Counted from the stretch's first letter, positions 28,337 through 37,956 are shown. The stretch: DNA of 64,000 bases from Gemmatimonadota bacterium (GCA_039589315.1 JBDHHQ010000006.1:73010-137009), one strand, 5' to 3'. Numbers and translations: made by a program. Notes: a model not told the origin generated them from the sequence alone.

Positions 28337-28837
28337 TCAGGACTCGGGCTCTTGGTCCCGGACGCCGGGCTCGGCCCGCCGATCGTGGTCGAGCCGCCGG
28401 TGGCCTTCCATCGTGCGATCCGGGAGATAGCGACCGGAGGCCTGTCGGCGGTCCGGGGTATGGCGCCGGTTCGGGGGCCAGCCGGGTGGAACGAATCTGT
28501 CGTTCTCTCCAAGTGCCTGGGCGGGGGCAGTCTCGGCCTCCGGTCCGACGAGGAATCGCTTGAGAGACCAACGCATCACCTCGGCGGAGTGCTCCACCGA
28601 CTCGCGACACGACGCGCAGACGAGCTGGTAGACCTCGGGGTCTCCACCGAAGTCGTGCTTTTCCCAACCCATGAGGAGTCGCCGGCGGAAGGGGGTCGGC
28701 AACAGCTGAACCTCGTGGTCGCCACTCGCTTCGCACCGCCAATGGGAGAAGGAGATGTCCCCGCGGGCGTAGTGGAGGAGCGGATCGAAGCGATCGAACT
28801 CCGTGAAGATGTGTGTCGTGTCTACGATAACGATCAT
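28337..28837 (-). CDS. Hypothetical protein
   Basis: GGAGG RBS before MIVIVDTTH; non-repetitive composition, CASC motif; no family recognised. Confidence 0.5.
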   Translation of the reverse strand: MIVIVDTTHIFTEFDRFDPLLHYARGDISFSHWRCEASGDHEVQLLPTPFRRRLLMGWEKHDFGGDPEVYQLVCASCRESVEHSAEVMRWSLKRFLVGPEAETAPAQALGENDRFVPPGWPPNRRHTPDRRQASGRYLPDRTMEGHRRLDHDRRAEPGVRDQEPES

Positions 28838-29108
28838 TGCTAACACCCCTCCGATGGCCCCGTCGGGTCCGCGGGGAGTCGGGAGCCCATTGTCAACAAA
28901 AGATGGCGCCCCGATCTCTGGTGAATCAAGCTTTCCGGCGCCGATCGAGTGGCCCCGGCGGGACCAGGTGACGGCAGATCGCCGAGCTTCGAAACGGTTT
29001 TGGCCCGGTTCCCGTAGGGACACATGTAGGATGAGGGTCGACCTTACATTAGGATGTGAAGGTCAGGCTGTGCATCAGGAAGGAACCACTCCCCTGGGAG
29101 GACGACCG

Positions 29109-29372
29109 ATGTCGCTCATTGGACTCGGGATCGCAGGCGTCGCTAGCGTCTTCGGTCACATCAAGACACGCGAATACGTGCGGCGTCGGCTACGCTTCAC
29201 GAGCATCATCGAGAAGCCGGGAATCGGGTTGGCCGCCGGCGCCCTGACCACCGTGGCGGTCGCCGCCTTGCCGATCGTGGGGATTCCCACAGGCTTGATC
29301 CTCGGCGCGGGCGTCGGTACCGGCGTAGCGTTCGGCGCCAAAGACGCGAAGAGCCGCCGCCTCGAAGACTGA
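29109..29372 (+). CDS. Small Gly-rich membrane protein
   Basis: GGAGG RBS; hydrophobic segments around YVRRRLRF. Confidence 0.7.
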   Translation: MSLIGLGIAGVASVFGHIKTREYVRRRLRFTSIIEKPGIGLAAGALTTVAVAALPIVGIPTGLILGAGVGTGVAFGAKDAKSRRLED

Positions 29373-29559
29373 TCATCAACGCCGTCCGGAGGTGGGAGCT
29401 CCCTGCCCCGGGCGCGGTCTTCGCCACGCTCTCCGGTCCCTGTGGACCGGGGGGCGCTTTCACGTCAGGTCTCCGTTCACCCTCGATGTCAGAAACCGCC
29501 GCCGCCCCACGTTTTCGATGCGAGGGGTGGAGACTGCGCCGCAACCGGAAGGGGAACGG

Positions 29560-29976
29560 ATGAAACGACAACGACTACGGGTCCTACGACTCCCGGTCCT
29601 CGGGGCGTTGGCCCTCGCCGTGGGTGCCTGCCATCACGTGATCATCGACGGCGGCCTCGAGCCGTCGGAAATCCGGTACGACGAGGAGTGGAATCTGGCA
29701 TTCGCGGGGGCCATCTACCCGGCCAACGTGGACGCCAGTGACCGCTGCGGCGGCTACTACTCCAGGGTGGAGACGCGGCAGAGCTTCCTGAACCTCGTCG
29801 TGGCGGCCTGGACGGTCGGATGGATCAACCCCATGCAGGCCCGGCTTGACTGTGGCGCACCCACCGGCGGCAACGCTGCAGACGGGGACGCTCCAGACGA
29901 GGACGCGGCGGGAGGGGAAGGCAGGGCGGCAGGAGTGGCCGACATGGTCGGGAAGGAGGCGAACGGTGCGCGCTGA
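29560..29976 (+). CDS. Bor/Iss-family lipoprotein (copy 1)
   Basis: Lipobox VGAC; C..VETRQSFLN..T.G...P....C pattern. Confidence 0.75.
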   Translation: MKRQRLRVLRLPVLGALALAVGACHHVIIDGGLEPSEIRYDEEWNLAFAGAIYPANVDASDRCGGYYSRVETRQSFLNLVVAAWTVGWINPMQARLDCGAPTGGNAADGDAPDEDAAGGEGRAAGVADMVGKEANGAR

Positions 29977-30313
29977 CAGAGGGCTCGGAGCGATCATATT
30001 GGCCCTGGCCATGGGTCCCTTGACCACGGGCTGCTTTCACTCGGTTATCGACACGGGCCTCCAGCCCGGACCTGTGGGCTACGCGGAGGAATGGGAGACG
30101 GCGTGGCTCATCGGGGCGGTCCCCGCTCGGGTGAACGCCACCGAAGCGTGTCAGGGGCCCTGGGCACGGGTGGAGACCCAGCAGTCCTTCCTGAACGGCA
30201 TCGTCACGGTCCTGACCGTGGGGATCTACGCTCCCCACCAGGTCGAGGTCACGTGCGCCCGGACCGACGCCGGAGCCTCCTCGCAGGAGGAGAGCGGGTC
30301 CGCAAGCCGCTGA
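29966..30313 (+). CDS. Bor/Iss-family lipoprotein (copy 2)
   Basis: Lipobox TTGC; ACQG..RVETQQSFLNGIVTVLTVGIYAP..V.VTC; AGGAGG RBS. Confidence 0.8.
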   Translation: MRADRGLGAIILALAMGPLTTGCFHSVIDTGLQPGPVGYAEEWETAWLIGAVPARVNATEACQGPWARVETQQSFLNGIVTVLTVGIYAPHQVEVTCARTDAGASSQEESGSASR

Positions 30314-30354
30314 GGGGGACAGCACGGCTGGAGGTCTCGGATTAATTCAACTAT

Positions 30355-30370
30355 ATTCCCATGTGAGAAT
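30355..30370. promoter_or_regulatory. ATTC-N8-GAAT operator-like palindrome upstream of the ArsR gene
   Basis: ATTC-CCATGTGA-GAAT in an AT-rich patch 23 nt before the start; same pattern as the SqrR-type operator. Confidence 0.55.
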
Positions 30371-30393
30371 GTGGCTCTCCCTGGGGGTTCTAC

Positions 30394-30726
30394 GTGGGAA
30401 GCAAAGCACTGACACCGCAGCTCCTGGGTCTCGTGGCCGAGCGCTTCCGGGTCCTCTCCGAACCTGCCCGCCTTCAGCTCATGAACGTCCTGCGGGACGG
30501 CGAGCGGACGGTTTCGGAGTTGGTGGAGGCCACGTCCCTCGGTCAGGCCAACGCGTCCAAGCACCTCCAACTCCTCAAGGCCCACGGCTTCGTGGACCGG
30601 CGGAAGGAGGGCCTGTTCGTGTACTACCGTATCGCCGACCCTGAGGTGTTTCGCCTCTGTGATCTCATGTGCGATCACCTGGAGCGGCACTCGCAGGCGC
30701 GGCAGGAGCTGTTCACCACACCCTGA
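30394..30726 (+). CDS. ArsR/SmtB-family transcriptional repressor
   Basis: FRVLSEPARL, TVSELV, QANASKHL, RRKEGLFVYYRI; C-terminal CDLMC. Confidence 0.92.
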   Translation: MGSKALTPQLLGLVAERFRVLSEPARLQLMNVLRDGERTVSELVEATSLGQANASKHLQLLKAHGFVDRRKEGLFVYYRIADPEVFRLCDLMCDHLERHSQARQELFTTP

Positions 30727-30913
30727 CGGCGCGGCCACCTGTGGCCTTGCCCGCTCGTGAGGGCACGACAGCCGACGGCCCGGCTCACCGCGCTGTGAGC
30801 CGGGCCGTCCCGTCCCCTGCACCAGCGCTCGAGGGTCGGACCGACGCGCCGGCCTCGGATCCGAGCCCTCGAGTCTGGGACCTTCGCCGCTTGGCCCGTT
30901 CCTCCGGTACGAC

Positions 30914-32185
30914 CTAGGCCCTCCCTTTGAGCATGAGGTTCCAGTACAGCCATGGCAGCCCGTACCGCTTGAGCAGATACATGCTGTACCGCTCCTTGCC
31001 CGTGTTGATCAAGGGGATGGAGGGCGTGGGGGTGTTGTTGTAGTCGAACTCGGCCAGCAGCATGCGGTTGTGAGCCGTGATCAAGGGACAGGACCCATAG
31101 CCGTCGTAGGCCGGCTGGGGCTCCCGCCCAGCAATGACGGCGAGAAGGCCGTCCACGACCACCGGCGCCTGCTTCCTGACCGCGGCGCCCGTCTTGGCGT
31201 TGGGCGTGTTGCCGGCGTCACCCAGCGCGAAGACCTCGGGGTAGCGCGTGTGCTGCAGCGTGTGCTTGTCGACGTCGACGAAGCCATACGGCCCCTCCTC
31301 GGCGAGGGCGCTATTCTTGATGAAGTCCGGGGCGCTCTGCGGGGGCGTGACGTGCATGACGTCGTACGGCATCGTTTCGTACGAGACTTCCTCGCTGTCC
31401 TCCTGCGTGACCCTGAACACCGCCTCTCGCTTGTCCGGGCGGATCTCGCAGAGGTCGTGCCGGTGTTGCGCCTCGATCCCGTACCGCTCGACGACGCCCA
31501 GCAAGAAGGTCTTGAACGGCTCGACGCCGAAGATCACCTTGCCGGCGTTGCCGAAGACGATGTGGGCCTGGTCGAGCATGCCCCTCCGTTTGAAGAGGTC
31601 AGCCGCGAGGTACATGATCTTCTGGGGCGCGCCCCCACATTTGAGGGGGGTGCCGGGACTCGTGAATATGGCGTTGCCACCCTTGAACTCGTCCAGCATG
31701 CGGAACGTCTTCGGCGCCAGCTTCGGGTCGTAGTTGCTCGAGACGAAGTCGGTCCGAAGCGCCTCTCGCAGGCCGGGAATCTCGTCCCAGTCGAGTTGGA
31801 TCCCGGGAGCCACGACCAGGAAGTCGTAGCCGATCCGCTGCCCCTCTTCGGTGGTCACGGTCTTGGCCTCAGGATCGATCTCGGCGGCTCTGGCCTTGAT
31901 CCAGTGGGCGTCCTTCGGCATTACCCTGGCCTCCAGGCGCACCGTCTCCCGGATGTCGACGATCCCGCCTCCCACCAGTGTCCAGAGGGGCTGGTACCAG
32001 TGCTGCTCGGACGGCTCGAGAATGGCGATGTCGGTCACACCGGCGCGCCCCAGTCGAGCGGCCACGGTGATCCCGGCGGTGCCTCCGCCGATGATGACAA
32101 CGCGATGATGAGCTCCCGACCCGGGCCTGGATGCCGGGCGTTGTGCCGCGGGGGCAGTCGTGGGCGACATCATGTCAGCCTCCAT
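30914..32185 (-). CDS. sqr: Sulfide:quinone oxidoreductase (type II-like)
   Basis: GGGTAG, YQPLWTLVGGG, KCGGAPQK, FALGD, KTGAAVRKQ, YDGYGSCP (both active-site Cys). Confidence 0.9.
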   Translation of the reverse strand: MEADMMSPTTAPAAQRPASRPGSGAHHRVVIIGGGTAGITVAARLGRAGVTDIAILEPSEQHWYQPLWTLVGGGIVDIRETVRLEARVMPKDAHWIKARAAEIDPEAKTVTTEEGQRIGYDFLVVAPGIQLDWDEIPGLREALRTDFVSSNYDPKLAPKTFRMLDEFKGGNAIFTSPGTPLKCGGAPQKIMYLAADLFKRRGMLDQAHIVFGNAGKVIFGVEPFKTFLLGVVERYGIEAQHRHDLCEIRPDKREAVFRVTQEDSEEVSYETMPYDVMHVTPPQSAPDFIKNSALAEEGPYGFVDVDKHTLQHTRYPEVFALGDAGNTPNAKTGAAVRKQAPVVVDGLLAVIAGREPQPAYDGYGSCPLITAHNRMLLAEFDYNNTPTPSIPLINTGKERYSMYLLKRYGLPWLYWNLMLKGRA

Positions 32186-32200
32186 GCGGACGGTCAGAGA

Positions 32201-32249
32201 TAATCAACTTTGTAGTAATGTAGTTATGTAGTGCGGCCTCACAAGAAGG
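32201..32249 (-). promoter_or_regulatory. sigma70-like promoter/operator for sqr
   Basis: Minus strand ccttcTTGTGA-N16-TACATT-actacaa-agttgatta. Confidence 0.55.
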
Positions 32250-32300
32250 GCTTATCCCCAGGTGCGCGTAGGGGACCTCACCACAACGTGTAGTCGGAAT

Positions 32301-32349
32301 CCTTCTTGACAGGGCCCACCGTATGACTACATTCGCATTCAGTTGATTA
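32301..32349 (+). promoter_or_regulatory. sigma70-like promoter/operator for the yeeE-yeeE-PDO operon
   Basis: ccttcTTGACA-N16-TACATT-cgcattc-agttgatta; overlaps the near-perfect palindrome CAGTTGATTAATCAGCTG (32340-32357). Confidence 0.65.
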
Positions 32350-32368
32350 ATCAGCTGGAGGAGCCTCA

Positions 32369-32929
32369 ATGATCGACTTCATATCACAACCGTGGCCATG
32401 GTACGTCGCCGGGGTCCTGATCGGGCTGGTGGTGCCATTGCTGCTGTTGGCCGGCGGCGAGTTCGGGATCTCGTCGAACCTCCGGCACATCTGCGCGGCG
32501 GCGCTCCCCACGAAGGCGCCGTTCTTTCAGTACGACTGGAAATCCAAGGGCCTGTGGAACCTGACCTTCGCCCTCGGAATCATCATCGGTGGCTTCGTCG
32601 CGGGCACCTTCCTCGCCTCGCCGGATCCCGTGATCGGGATCAGCGAGGCTACGGTGGCTGACCTGCGGGCCATCGGCGTGGCACAGTCCGAGGGGCTGGC
32701 CCCCGCTGCGATCTTCAGCTGGCAGGGGCTCTTCACCCTCCCCGGCTTCATCATGATCGTGGTTGGCGGCTTTCTGGTGGGCTTCGGGACACGCTATGCC
32801 GGGGGGTGCACCTCCGGACACGCGATCTCGGGTCTGGCCAACCTGCAGCTTCCGTCCCTCATCGCGGTGATCGGGTTCTTCGCCGGCGGCTTGCTGGCGA
32901 CGCACTTGATCCTGCCCTTGCTCTTCTGA
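32369..32929 (+). CDS. YeeE/YedE sulfur transporter subunit
   Basis: PWPWYVAG, FGISSNLRHIC, GFGTRYAGGCTSGHAISG. Confidence 0.92.
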   Translation: MIDFISQPWPWYVAGVLIGLVVPLLLLAGGEFGISSNLRHICAAALPTKAPFFQYDWKSKGLWNLTFALGIIIGGFVAGTFLASPDPVIGISEATVADLRAIGVAQSEGLAPAAIFSWQGLFTLPGFIMIVVGGFLVGFGTRYAGGCTSGHAISGLANLQLPSLIAVIGFFAGGLLATHLILPLLF

Positions 32930-32941
32930 AGGGGGACGAAC

Positions 32942-33430
32942 ATGAGCACGCAGACAACGACACGGACGAGCGGGCAAGCGCCCTCGTCGGAGCAGCGCTC
33001 GCTCAGCGGCGCGGGATTGCTGGTGTACCTGTTGATCGGAATCTACTTCGGTATCGTGCTGACGAAATCCGAAGTCGTCTCGTGGTACCGCATCCAGGAG
33101 ATGTTCCGGTTCCAGGACTTTCACATGTACGGGATCATCGGCGTGGCCGTGTTCGTGGCCATGATCTCGGTGGCGGTCATCAAGGCGCGACACGTGCGCA
33201 CGGTGAAGGGCCAGGAGATCGTGCTCGTGCCGAAACAGCTCGACAAGGGTGCCTACCGCTACTGGATCGGTGGCACCATCTTCGGGTTGGGATGGGCCCT
33301 GGCCGGGGCGTGCCCGGGGCCTATCTTCGCGCTGGTCGGTAACGGGCTGACGGTCATGGCGGTGACCATCGCCAGCGCCGTGGCGGGGACCTGGCTCTAC
33401 GGTGTTCTGAAACCCAGGCTTCCGCACTGA
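32942..33430 (+). CDS. YeeE/YedE-family (DUF6691-like) partner subunit
   Basis: KSEVVSWYRIQEMFRFQDFHMYG, GGTIFGLGWALAGACPGP. Confidence 0.9.
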   Translation: MSTQTTTRTSGQAPSSEQRSLSGAGLLVYLLIGIYFGIVLTKSEVVSWYRIQEMFRFQDFHMYGIIGVAVFVAMISVAVIKARHVRTVKGQEIVLVPKQLDKGAYRYWIGGTIFGLGWALAGACPGPIFALVGNGLTVMAVTIASAVAGTWLYGVLKPRLPH

Positions 33431-33504
33431 TCGCCAACTGCTGGAACGAACAAGAACAACCGACTTCGGCGGCTCGCAGGTCGCCCGACCCTGGAGGCGA
33501 GACA

Positions 33505-34950
33505 ATGCTCTTCCGACAGATCGAGGACAACAAGCTGGCTCAGTACGCCTACCTGATCGGATGCCAGAAGACCAACGAGGCCCTGATCATCGATCCCGAG
33601 CGGGACATCGATCGCTACGTGGACATGGCGACGGCCTCGGGCCTGAAGATCGTGGCCGTGGCAGAGACCCACATCCACGCGGACTTCCTGTCGGGTGCCC
33701 GAGAGCTCGCCGAGCAGCACGGCGCACGCCTCTATCTGTCGAAGGAGGGCGGCCCGGACTGGCAGTCGTTCTGGGCCCAGGACAGCGACTACGACGTCCA
33801 CTTCCTGGCCGACGGCGACACCTTCAAGGTCGGCAACATCGCGGTGAAGGCGTTACACACGCCGGGGCACACGCCCGAGCACGTGAGCTTCCTGATCACG
33901 GACCTGGGGGGTGGGGCCGACGCACCCATGGGGATGGCCACGGGCGACTTCGTTTTCGTGGGCGATCTGGGCCGTCCGGACCTGCTCGAGTCGGCCGCCG
34001 GCATCGCCGGCATGATGGAGCCGTCAGCACGAACGCTGTACGCTTCTGCCCAGGACTTTCTGGAGCTTCCGGACTACCTGCAGGTGTGGCCGGCGCACGG
34101 CGCGGGGAGCGCCTGCGGCAAGGCGCTCGGCGCCGTGCCCGAGACCACGGTCGGCTACGAGCGTCGGTTCAGCCCGGCGCTGGCCGCCGCACAGCAGAGT
34201 GAGGACGAGTTCGTTCGGTTCATCCTGGAGGGGCAGCCCGAGCCGCCGGTCTACTTCGCGCGCATGAAGGCGCTGAACCGGGACGGCGTTCCTCTTCTGG
34301 GGGGCGTACCTGCCCCGGAGAAGCTGGCGGTCGAGCACCTGGGCGACCTGGCGGGTCGAGACGACGTCGTGGTGGTCGACACCCGGGCGGAGCGGGACGC
34401 ATTCTACGCCGGTCATCTGCCGGGCTCCATCCACTCGCCGCTCAACAAGAGCTTCCACACCTTCGTGGGCTCGTACTTCGATTCGGAGATCCCCGTCTAT
34501 CTGATCGCCGATGAGGATCAGCTCGACGATGTGGTGCGGAACCTGATTCGCATCGGTATCGACGACATCAAGGGCTATTTCACGCCCGACGCTCTGGAGC
34601 GGTATGAAGCTGCCGGAGGTGAGCTCGGCCGCACGGAGGCCATCGATTTCGAGGAGATGGAGCGGCGGCGCTCGCTCGGCGGCGTCCACGTCCTGGATGT
34701 TCGCAGGGGCAGCGAGTACGCCCAGGAGGGTCATGTGCCGGGGGCGCTGAACATCGCCCACACCCGGCTGCTACCCCGCCTCGACGAGGTCCCCGGAGAC
34801 GGCACGCTGCTGGTCCACTGCCAGTCCGGCAATCGAGCCTCGGCGGCCGCCTCGTTCCTTGCGCGGAACGGCTTCGACGTCGTGGCCGTCGACGACGATT
34901 TCACCAACTGGGCCGGCGCGGGCTCTCAGCAGGAGGAGGCCGGCGTCTAG
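33505..34950 (+). CDS. MBL-fold persulfide dioxygenase fused to rhodanese domains (CstB/Blh-like)
   Basis: ETHIHADF, HTPGHTPEH, GDFVFVGDLGRPDL, PAHGAGSACG; rhodanese GHVPGA..VHCQSGNR. Confidence 0.9.
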   Translation: MLFRQIEDNKLAQYAYLIGCQKTNEALIIDPERDIDRYVDMATASGLKIVAVAETHIHADFLSGARELAEQHGARLYLSKEGGPDWQSFWAQDSDYDVHFLADGDTFKVGNIAVKALHTPGHTPEHVSFLITDLGGGADAPMGMATGDFVFVGDLGRPDLLESAAGIAGMMEPSARTLYASAQDFLELPDYLQVWPAHGAGSACGKALGAVPETTVGYERRFSPALAAAQQSEDEFVRFILEGQPEPPVYFARMKALNRDGVPLLGGVPAPEKLAVEHLGDLAGRDDVVVVDTRAERDAFYAGHLPGSIHSPLNKSFHTFVGSYFDSEIPVYLIADEDQLDDVVRNLIRIGIDDIKGYFTPDALERYEAAGGELGRTEAIDFEEMERRRSLGGVHVLDVRRGSEYAQEGHVPGALNIAHTRLLPRLDEVPGDGTLLVHCQSGNRASAAASFLARNGFDVVAVDDDFTNWAGAGSQQEEAGV

Positions 34951-34997
34951 ACGTCCGGCCTCGACCCACGCATTCGGCCGTTCCCCCACCGCGGCCG

Positions 34998-35031
34998 GCG
35001 CCGGCGGGGCTGCGCCCCGCCGGCGCGTTTT
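34998..35031 (+). terminator. Rho-independent terminator
   Basis: gcgccggcgggg-ctgcg-ccccgccggcgc (12-bp stem) followed by gtttt. Confidence 0.7.
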
Positions 35032-35091
35032 GTATCGCACGGCGGCAGCCCATATTCCTCCATGACGACCGATGATCGACGAAAGGGTATC

Positions 35092-35832
35092 ATGGCCAAC
35101 GAAGGGTCCGGTCCTGCGCGTTCTCTGGTGAAGCTGATGAAGGCTCCGGACAGGCAGCCCTGGATCTACCACCTGGTTCTGGCAGGGCTGTTCGTCAGCT
35201 TCATGCTGCAGCCCGTTGCCGACGACCTTCCCCTTGGTGGCGTGATCGTGCGGGGCACGTACCTGGCGATCGTCCTCGGGGCCATCGTGGCAGCCAGCGA
35301 TCGGCCGGCGCTGTTGATTCCCGCATTGGTGCTGGCGCTGCCTTCGGTGTTGCTCCGGAGCGCGTTCGCAGGTGGCTATTCGATCGTGATGGCGGACGTC
35401 GCGATGATCGGCCTGATGCTCGTCGTGATCGGGATCTTCCTCGTGCGCATCCTCTCGCACAGGGTCGTGACGATGGCCACCATCAGCGGGGCCCTCTCGG
35501 TCTACCTGCTCATCGGGGTCACCTGGACGATCCTCTACGTGGTCCTGGAGACCGTCCAGCCCTGCTCGTTCAACGGGATCGAATGTGCGACGGGCATGCT
35601 GCCGGGGGCGGAGCCCGTTACGGGGGCCCAATCGGCGCTGTTCTACTACAGCTTCGTGACGCTCTCGACGCTGGGCTACGGGGACATCTCCCCGGCCACC
35701 GAGGCGGCGCGCACCGCCGCGAGCCTGGAGGCCGTGGTCGGGCAGCTGTACCTGGTCGTGCTGGTGGCTCGACTCGTGGGGCTCATCAACGTGGGCGGGA
35801 TTCGATCCGACCCGGACCAGGAGCCGGATTGA
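35092..35832 (+). CDS. Potassium channel family (Ion_trans_2) membrane protein
   Basis: YYSFVTLSTLGYGDISP..EAVVGQLY; start could be 35062. Confidence 0.88.
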   Translation: MANEGSGPARSLVKLMKAPDRQPWIYHLVLAGLFVSFMLQPVADDLPLGGVIVRGTYLAIVLGAIVAASDRPALLIPALVLALPSVLLRSAFAGGYSIVMADVAMIGLMLVVIGIFLVRILSHRVVTMATISGALSVYLLIGVTWTILYVVLETVQPCSFNGIECATGMLPGAEPVTGAQSALFYYSFVTLSTLGYGDISPATEAARTAASLEAVVGQLYLVVLVARLVGLINVGGIRSDPDQEPD

Positions 35833-35937
35833 CGCCGCTGGCCAGGATCGGTACGCCACCATGGACCTCTGCGCCAATCCGGTTTGCTGCGCTGCCCAAG
35901 GCGTTTCCACCGCATGCGGTGGGATGCGGCGGGGTCG

Positions 35938-36507
35938 CTAGCGCCCGGTGAACATCCCGAACTTGAACTGGATGTTCCCCGAGAAGCCGGAGAGATCCCG
36001 GTTCGTCAGCTCGGGTAGGCTGAGGGACTCCACTGCCCGGTAGCTCGCGCCGACCCCGATGCGGAATATCGGCGTGACGTTCAGCATGATGTTCGCGGCC
36101 GGCTCCACCACGAAGAACCCGCTGTAGAACCCCGCGAGAGAGTTCGACGGGAAGTAGGTGGCTCCGCCGCCTCCCAGTAGCACGGCCAGGGACACGTGCA
36201 CGAGCTCGTTGGGACGGTTCACGTACTCGAGGTCCAGCCCGCCGTACCCCATCTCGAGGGCGTCGAAGGCGAGGTGAGCCTGATTGGTGAGCCCGTACCC
36301 GCCGCCACCGAGCACGAGGGACTCGTTGATGATCCAGCCGCCCCGGCCGCCTACGAAGAACCCGAACTGCTCGTTGATCTCGGTGAACTTGAGGACGGGA
36401 GCACCGAAGCCGCCGCTCCGGATCGGCCCGTCCACGAGGGTCTGCTGCTGGGCTTGAACCGCCCCAGGCAGCAGCGCCAGGATCCCGACGATGACGATTC
36501 GCTTCAT
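35938..36507 (-). CDS. Outer-membrane beta-barrel protein
   Basis: Signal peptide ending VQA; alternating Gly/aromatic strands; terminal QFKFG. Confidence 0.7.
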   Translation of the reverse strand: MKRIVIVGILALLPGAVQAQQQTLVDGPIRSGGFGAPVLKFTEINEQFGFFVGGRGGWIINESLVLGGGGYGLTNQAHLAFDALEMGYGGLDLEYVNRPNELVHVSLAVLLGGGGATYFPSNSLAGFYSGFFVVEPAANIMLNVTPIFRIGVGASYRAVESLSLPELTNRDLSGFSGNIQFKFGMFTGR

Positions 36508-36564
36508 GGCCCCCTCCTCCCGGTCCTGCTCGGCCCATACGACTGTGTCTCGCCCATGGCTCTG

Positions 36565-36580
36565 TGCACCATCCGTGCCG
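36565..36580 (-). promoter_or_regulatory. sigma54 -24/-12-like promoter
   Basis: Minus strand cGGCACggatggTGCa (GG-N10-GC), about 58 nt upstream of the start at 36507. Confidence 0.45.
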
Positions 36581-36807
36581 TCAGTGCCGTCCCTCGCCGG
36601 ATCCCGGCCCGGGCGGCCGTCTGACGGCCGGGGAGGCGCTCGATCGGGTCGTTGGGAGGACTCCCCGGCCCGGAGCAGTGGCTCAGTCCGCTCGGGACGT
36701 CCCGTGGATCGTCCTCCCTGGAGGACAGCGGTGTACGACCTGGAAGATACCCGGACGCCACCCGGGTCGGGTGACGGCGAGAGCCCCCTTGAGTCCCCGG
36801 GTGACCT

Positions 36808-37956
36808 CTAGACGGTCCCCGTCCTGGCCACGGAAACGTCTGCGGCCGCTGCCGCCCGGTGAGCCGCAGGAATCTGCACGGTGAGCGTCGTACCGAGCCC
36901 CGGCCGGCTGCGCACCTGGACGCGGCCCCCCAGGTACCCGGCTCGCTCGCGCATGCCCACGAGACCGAAGCTGTGGCCGGTGGACGCCGACACGGTGGTG
37001 GGGTCGAAACCCTTGCCGTCGTCGCTGATCTCCGCCACCACGCTGTCGCCGGTCGCCCGGATCGACACATCGATGTGGGAGGCGTCGGCGTGGCGCACCG
37101 CGTTGTTGAGGGCCTCCTGGACAATGCGGTAGAGGGTGAGCTGGGCGTCGGTGGTGAGCCGCGAGTTCACCGCTTCGGTCCGGCAGTCGATGGGGAGGCC
37201 GCTGACCTCCGAGAGCAGCCGGGCGTGGGCGCTTACCGCAGCCGCCAGGCCGAGCTCGTCCAGCTCCGGCGGGCGGAGACGTCGGGCGACCTTACGGACG
37301 CCCTCCATGGCAACGACGATCTCGCTCCGGACCGTCTCGAGGGCTCGGCTTCCGGCAGGCTGGGGCAAGCGGGCCGCCGCCCTGAGGTGCAGCAGGGTCG
37401 TGGCCAGGACCTGGGCGGTGTCGTCATAGAGCTCCCGCGACAGCCACATCCGCTCCCGCTCTTCCGCTTCCAGCACCATGATCGCCAGCTCCCGCTGCCG
37501 TCGGCGGCCTTTGGCCAGGCCGTCCAACATGCCGTTGAAGACGGTCGTGAGGCGCCGGAGGTTGTCGTCCGCAAGGGGGGAGAGGGCGCAGCGGGCGTCG
37601 AGCTCACCCTGCTCGACACTTCGCGCCGTGGCCTCGATGGGCGCCAGGGGCGACAGCGCGAGGCGGACCAGAACGGCATTGGCGGTCGCCGTGATGATCA
37701 CGGCCAGCAGGACCGAGGCTCCGACCACGCCCAGCATGAGCACGGTGTCGACCCCTTCGGCGGTCCGTAGCGTGAGCCAGGCGGCCAGGACGGCCACGAG
37801 GCCCACGAAGAGGGAGTTGGCAACGACGATCTTGTGGTATAGCGGGAACCGCAGGAACCGGCGCACCACGCCCAAGTCGGTCAACCGACCGATACCCCGG
37901 CGTCCTGCGCCGTCCTGCCCGGAACCACCGGGTGCGCTGCCTTCGATTCGCCGCAC
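36808..37956 (-). CDS. HisKA_3 (NarX/DosS class) membrane sensor kinase, H-box His replaced by Tyr
   Basis: 2 TM + HAMP; EERERMWLSRELYDDTAQ; LRPPELDELGL, YRIVQEALNNAVRHA, DDGKGFD, FGLVGMRER. Start probably about 37869. Confidence 0.88.
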   Translation of the reverse strand: MRRIEGSAPGGSGQDGAGRRGIGRLTDLGVVRRFLRFPLYHKIVVANSLFVGLVAVLAAWLTLRTAEGVDTVLMLGVVGASVLLAVIITATANAVLVRLALSPLAPIEATARSVEQGELDARCALSPLADDNLRRLTTVFNGMLDGLAKGRRRQRELAIMVLEAEERERMWLSRELYDDTAQVLATTLLHLRAAARLPQPAGSRALETVRSEIVVAMEGVRKVARRLRPPELDELGLAAAVSAHARLLSEVSGLPIDCRTEAVNSRLTTDAQLTLYRIVQEALNNAVRHADASHIDVSIRATGDSVVAEISDDGKGFDPTTVSASTGHSFGLVGMRERAGYLGGRVQVRSRPGLGTTLTVQIPAAHRAAAAADVSVARTGTV

